In this document: positions 27,493 through 30,172 of the stretch, one piece after another
Layout: every line of letters begins with the position of its first letter
How positions within the stretch are numbered: position 1 is the stretch's first letter
NCBI GenBank assembly: GCA_046757025.1
Contig: JBHHXN010000053.1
Location: forward strand, 1-30,172
Direction of reading: 5' to 3'
Length of the DNA: 30,172 nt
DNA from: a bacterium
Lineage (GTDB): Bacteria > Zhuqueibacterota > Zhuqueibacteria > Oceanimicrobiales > Oceanimicrobiaceae
Made by a program: the position numbers and the translations under genes
Notes under the pieces: model-generated
Databases searched by the model: none
Seen by the model: only the letters and a program-made list of their open reading frames with translations
What the model was told of the DNA's origin: nothing

Positions 27493-28164
27493 TTATTTTT
27501 GAGAAAGGTCGGGTTCTTCGCCGGTCTCCTTGTATTGCGTCAGCCATTTTTCGGTTTCCTCCAAAGCCGGTTTGAATCCCCACGGTCCGCGTGCCGCCGC
27601 AACCGCCAGTTTGCCGTCTTTGCGCACGAGGTACAAACGATCGGGATGGGCTCGATAGGCTTGGCTCACTTTGTTATCCATATTGTCGATGAGGCAAGGA
27701 ATGGTCACTTTTTCTTCTTTCATCATCATCTCGGCGGTGGTGCAGCGCTGACTGTAGTCTTTGGCCTCGTTGATTCCCAGGTCAATGGCATAAGGCACCG
27801 GCCGGCTGTCGTCAGCGGCATGCGCTTCGTTAATGTACACGATGCGGAATTCTGCGATATCCTTGTAGTCGGTGTACATTTTTTGCATTTTCCCCAACTG
27901 GGAACGAAACGGCGGTCAGGTATAGCTGCCGAAAAAAAGCACCACCGGCCGCTTATTTCTGAAACTGGCCAGGTCGGTTTCATCTTTACCATCCAGAGAG
28001 AGCAGTTTAAAGAGCGGCGCCGTGTCGCCGACTTTGGGGGCGTCGTCATTTCGGTTCGTTCGTCCTGGTCTTGCGGGCCGTTTAAAATTGCGTTGCGCAA
28101 AAACCTCGTCGCTGACGTATGTTGCGGCAAGAAAAAATATGAATAAATAAACGAAATGTTTCAT
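27493..28164 (-). CDS. Iodothyronine-deiodinase-like (thioredoxin-fold) selenoprotein, 223 aa, in-frame UGA = Sec at codon 83
   Basis: ORFs 27916-28197 and 27493-27897 are in the same frame and separated only by TGA (27918-27916). Read-through gives KRPVVLFFGSYT-U-PPFRSQL, then VYINEAH, DNMDN..AY.AHPDRLYLV and GPWGF, all deiodinase motifs. GGAG RBS before ATG 28164; signal peptide. Confidence 0.9.
27888..27909 (-). promoter_or_regulatory. Bacterial SECIS-like hairpin
   Basis: After UGA-CCGCCG: UUU(CG)UUCCC-AGUU-GGGGAAAA; 16 nt separate the UGA from the apical loop, which has G at its second position. Confidence 0.65.
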
Positions 28165-28278
28165 GGTCCATTTCTCCGGCATCAATTTAAAAAACAAAGC
28201 TTATTAGGACAGTTCAGGTTTCTAATTAGACACTGGTTTCGTCAATTTTATTTAAGCGATTTGAATATAGATGGTATT

Positions 28279-29001
28279 TTATTGATCGATTTCTCGGCCT
28301 TTTAAACCAGTAGCCTTTTCTACCGCCCATACTCCGAGATAGCACAGCGGCGTATCCAGTGCCGCAATCACGACTTTGATGAGGTAAACCCCCAGTATGA
28401 TGTGCATCAAATCAGCAAAATTGCCGTTGAAAACCGTTGGGTTTTTATAGAGGAAAACGGTGTTCACCGTGAACGAATCCACAAATTGCGAGAGCATGGT
28501 GGAACCGTTATTTCGCAGCCAGAGATGTTTGCCTTTTGTCTGGCGTTTCCAGAAATGAAACAGGCGCACATCGATGAGCTGTGCCAAAAGGTAGGCAGCC
28601 ATGGAGCCAAAGAGCAGCCGCCAGATGGGGCCAAAGATGTTGGTGTAATCCTTCTGTAGGGGATAAAAACGGGCCACGGGCAGCGCGATGCCGATCAAAG
28701 AAAACAGCAACAAAATCACGCTCATGCAGAATCCCATAATGACCAGAAAGCGCGCCCGCCTGGCGCCATACATTTCCGAAACAATGTCCGTAACCAGAAA
28801 CGTCAAAGGGTACCAGATGATGCTCACGGGTAAGGTACGACCGTAAATGGTGAACAGTTTTACCCCGACGGTGTTGGTCAAAATCACAAACGTCACGAAC
28901 ACCGCCATCATTCCCGCGAAAATAATCTCGTAGCGGTTGGCTAAAGCGGGTGAGTCGAAGGCCGGATAGAGAAGTGGTCTCTGTGTCGTGCCCTTGTTCA
29001 A
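28279..29001 (-). CDS. yhhQ: Queuosine precursor transporter (YhhQ/DUF165, Vut_1 family)
   Basis: YPLTFLVTDIVSEMYGARRAR, SMAAYLLAQLIDV, LWLRNNGSTMLSQFVDS, KVVIAALDTP; multiple TM helices; GGAG RBS before TTG. Confidence 0.9.
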   Translation of the reverse strand: MNKGTTQRPLLYPAFDSPALANRYEIIFAGMMAVFVTFVILTNTVGVKLFTIYGRTLPVSIIWYPLTFLVTDIVSEMYGARRARFLVIMGFCMSVILLLFSLIGIALPVARFYPLQKDYTNIFGPIWRLLFGSMAAYLLAQLIDVRLFHFWKRQTKGKHLWLRNNGSTMLSQFVDSFTVNTVFLYKNPTVFNGNFADLMHIILGVYLIKVVIAALDTPLCYLGVWAVEKATGLKGREIDQ

Positions 29002-29018
29002 GAATCGTTACTCCGTAT

Positions 29019-29576
29019 TTAGTAGAGCCGTTCTTCCAGAAGCCGCGGTAGAGCCAGCGGTTTTTTCAGAAACCGGCGCAGGGTTAAGATTTGACTGAGG
29101 TGGCGTTCGCCGTGGTCGGCATACATTTCCAGCAGGTTTCTCAGCGTCAAGAGTCCCCATTCGGGATGGCAGCCGCTTTTCTGCCAGTCCTCGGAGTTGG
29201 CCTGTTGAAATAACTTGCTGTTGTTGAGTCGCACGCTATCGAACAAAATCAGGTAGCTGTAGAACGATTTGCTGTTGAGCTCCCGGTAATTCAAGGCTTT
29301 GGCCCAGGCATCTTGATCGTAAACCGAAAATGTACAGCCCGGTTCGGCATAAGTTTGTTTGATGCGGGCAGCGCCCATAATTTCGGCATCCGCCAGGTGG
29401 ATGACCAGCTCCTGAATGCACCATTTGTCGGGCACCGGTCGCATTTTGAGCTCGGACTCGGTTAACCCCTCCACAGCTTGCCGCAGCCTTTCCGGAGCGG
29501 CTGCATAAACCGACAGCAATTCATCGTGGCGGTATTTTTCATAGGTTTGCGGATATTTGGGATTTTTAACACTCAA
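29019..29576 (-). CDS. DinB family protein
   Basis: RPVPDKWCIQELVIHLADAE, YDQDAWA, HPEWG, HGERHLSQI; AAGGAG RBS favours TTG at 29576. Confidence 0.88.
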   Translation of the reverse strand: MSVKNPKYPQTYEKYRHDELLSVYAAAPERLRQAVEGLTESELKMRPVPDKWCIQELVIHLADAEIMGAARIKQTYAEPGCTFSVYDQDAWAKALNYRELNSKSFYSYLILFDSVRLNNSKLFQQANSEDWQKSGCHPEWGLLTLRNLLEMYADHGERHLSQILTLRRFLKKPLALPRLLEERLY

Positions 29577-29650
29577 AAGTAAAACTCCTTTTATTTGCAA
29601 TTTGAAAATTGATTTGGTGAGTTGATTACTTCGCTTCAACTCTGCTGTAA

Positions 29651-30085
29651 TTATTTTTTGAGCTTCTCCAGTTCTAAAATGCGATTTTTAATTTCAGCAG
29701 GCAGCGATGCTTTTCTGTTTTCTTGGTAGTTGAAAGAAACGATGGTGCCTTCTCCTTCTGCGGCGATTTTTTGCCTGTTCTGACTGATGATGCAATACTC
29801 CATAAAAAATCGATCAGATTCGACATTTGCTGCTCTTGCACAAGCATAAACCCGGTCGGGATAAGACAAGGGAAATATGAATTTGCAGCGAGTGGAAGCT
29901 AAAATCGGTCCTATGCCGGTTTGCTGCATGATATCCATATATTTAATTTTTTCAAAATAAGCGATGCGGACACTTTCAAAATATCGAAAATACACGATAT
30001 TGTTCACGTGTTGGAACGCGTCCATTTCGCCCCAGGCAACCGGTATCTCGATAACAACAGGGTACTTCGTTAAAATTTCAAGCAT
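29651..30085 (-). CDS. Acyl-CoA thioesterase (4HBT/YbgC hot-dog fold)
   Basis: VAWGEMDAFQHVNNIVYFRYFE motif; AGGAAGG RBS before ATG 30085. Confidence 0.9.
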   Translation of the reverse strand: MLEILTKYPVVIEIPVAWGEMDAFQHVNNIVYFRYFESVRIAYFEKIKYMDIMQQTGIGPILASTRCKFIFPLSYPDRVYACARAANVESDRFFMEYCIISQNRQKIAAEGEGTIVSFNYQENRKASLPAEIKNRILELEKLKK

Positions 30086-30172
30086 GATGAACCTTCCTGA
30101 GTGTAAATACATTAAATTGCTTCCGCATACTGCGTGGGAATCCAGCACGAGAGATAAGCCTGGCCGCTGCTG

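Noticed and set aside
27451..28146. 231-aa plus-strand ORF (and the 27726-28130 minus-strand ORF)
   Set aside because: Shadow or alternate-frame ORFs over the selenoprotein gene, with no recognisable motifs.
27493..28197. Pseudogene, or two separate genes
   Set aside because: The stop is UGA at exactly the catalytic Sec position, both halves are intact and in frame, and a SECIS-like hairpin follows.

Overview
Bacterial genomic DNA. The protein repertoire (FlgD/T9SS-like C-terminal domains, kinase-TPR receptor, many secreted proteins) resembles KSB1/Calditrichota-type FCB bacteria; this taxonomy is inference only. The left ~5.8 kb is a compositionally patchy accessory block: two NIPSNAP-like proteins, a lipoprotein, a GC-rich SDR and a Ser/Thr kinase-TPR receptor. 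Next come a DUF151 nuclease, rnr, tonB, an M20 amidohydrolase, a catalytically dead trypsin-like protein, a large secreted propeller protein and an FG-GAP protein. From 18.7 to 27.3 kb lies a co-oriented envelope cluster preceded by a sigma54-type promoter: three small outer-membrane barrels, a di-heme HzsA-like lipoprotein, DUF4266, DUF3570 and an NHL protein. Converging on it is the best-supported hidden feature: a secreted iodothyronine-deiodinase-like selenoprotein (GSYT-U-PPF, with a SECIS-like hairpin) that the ORF track splits into two ORFs at the UGA. The window ends with yhhQ-like, DinB and thioesterase genes. Four intergenic spacers carry MITE/REP-like inverted-repeat elements. No rRNA, tRNA or CRISPR array was found.
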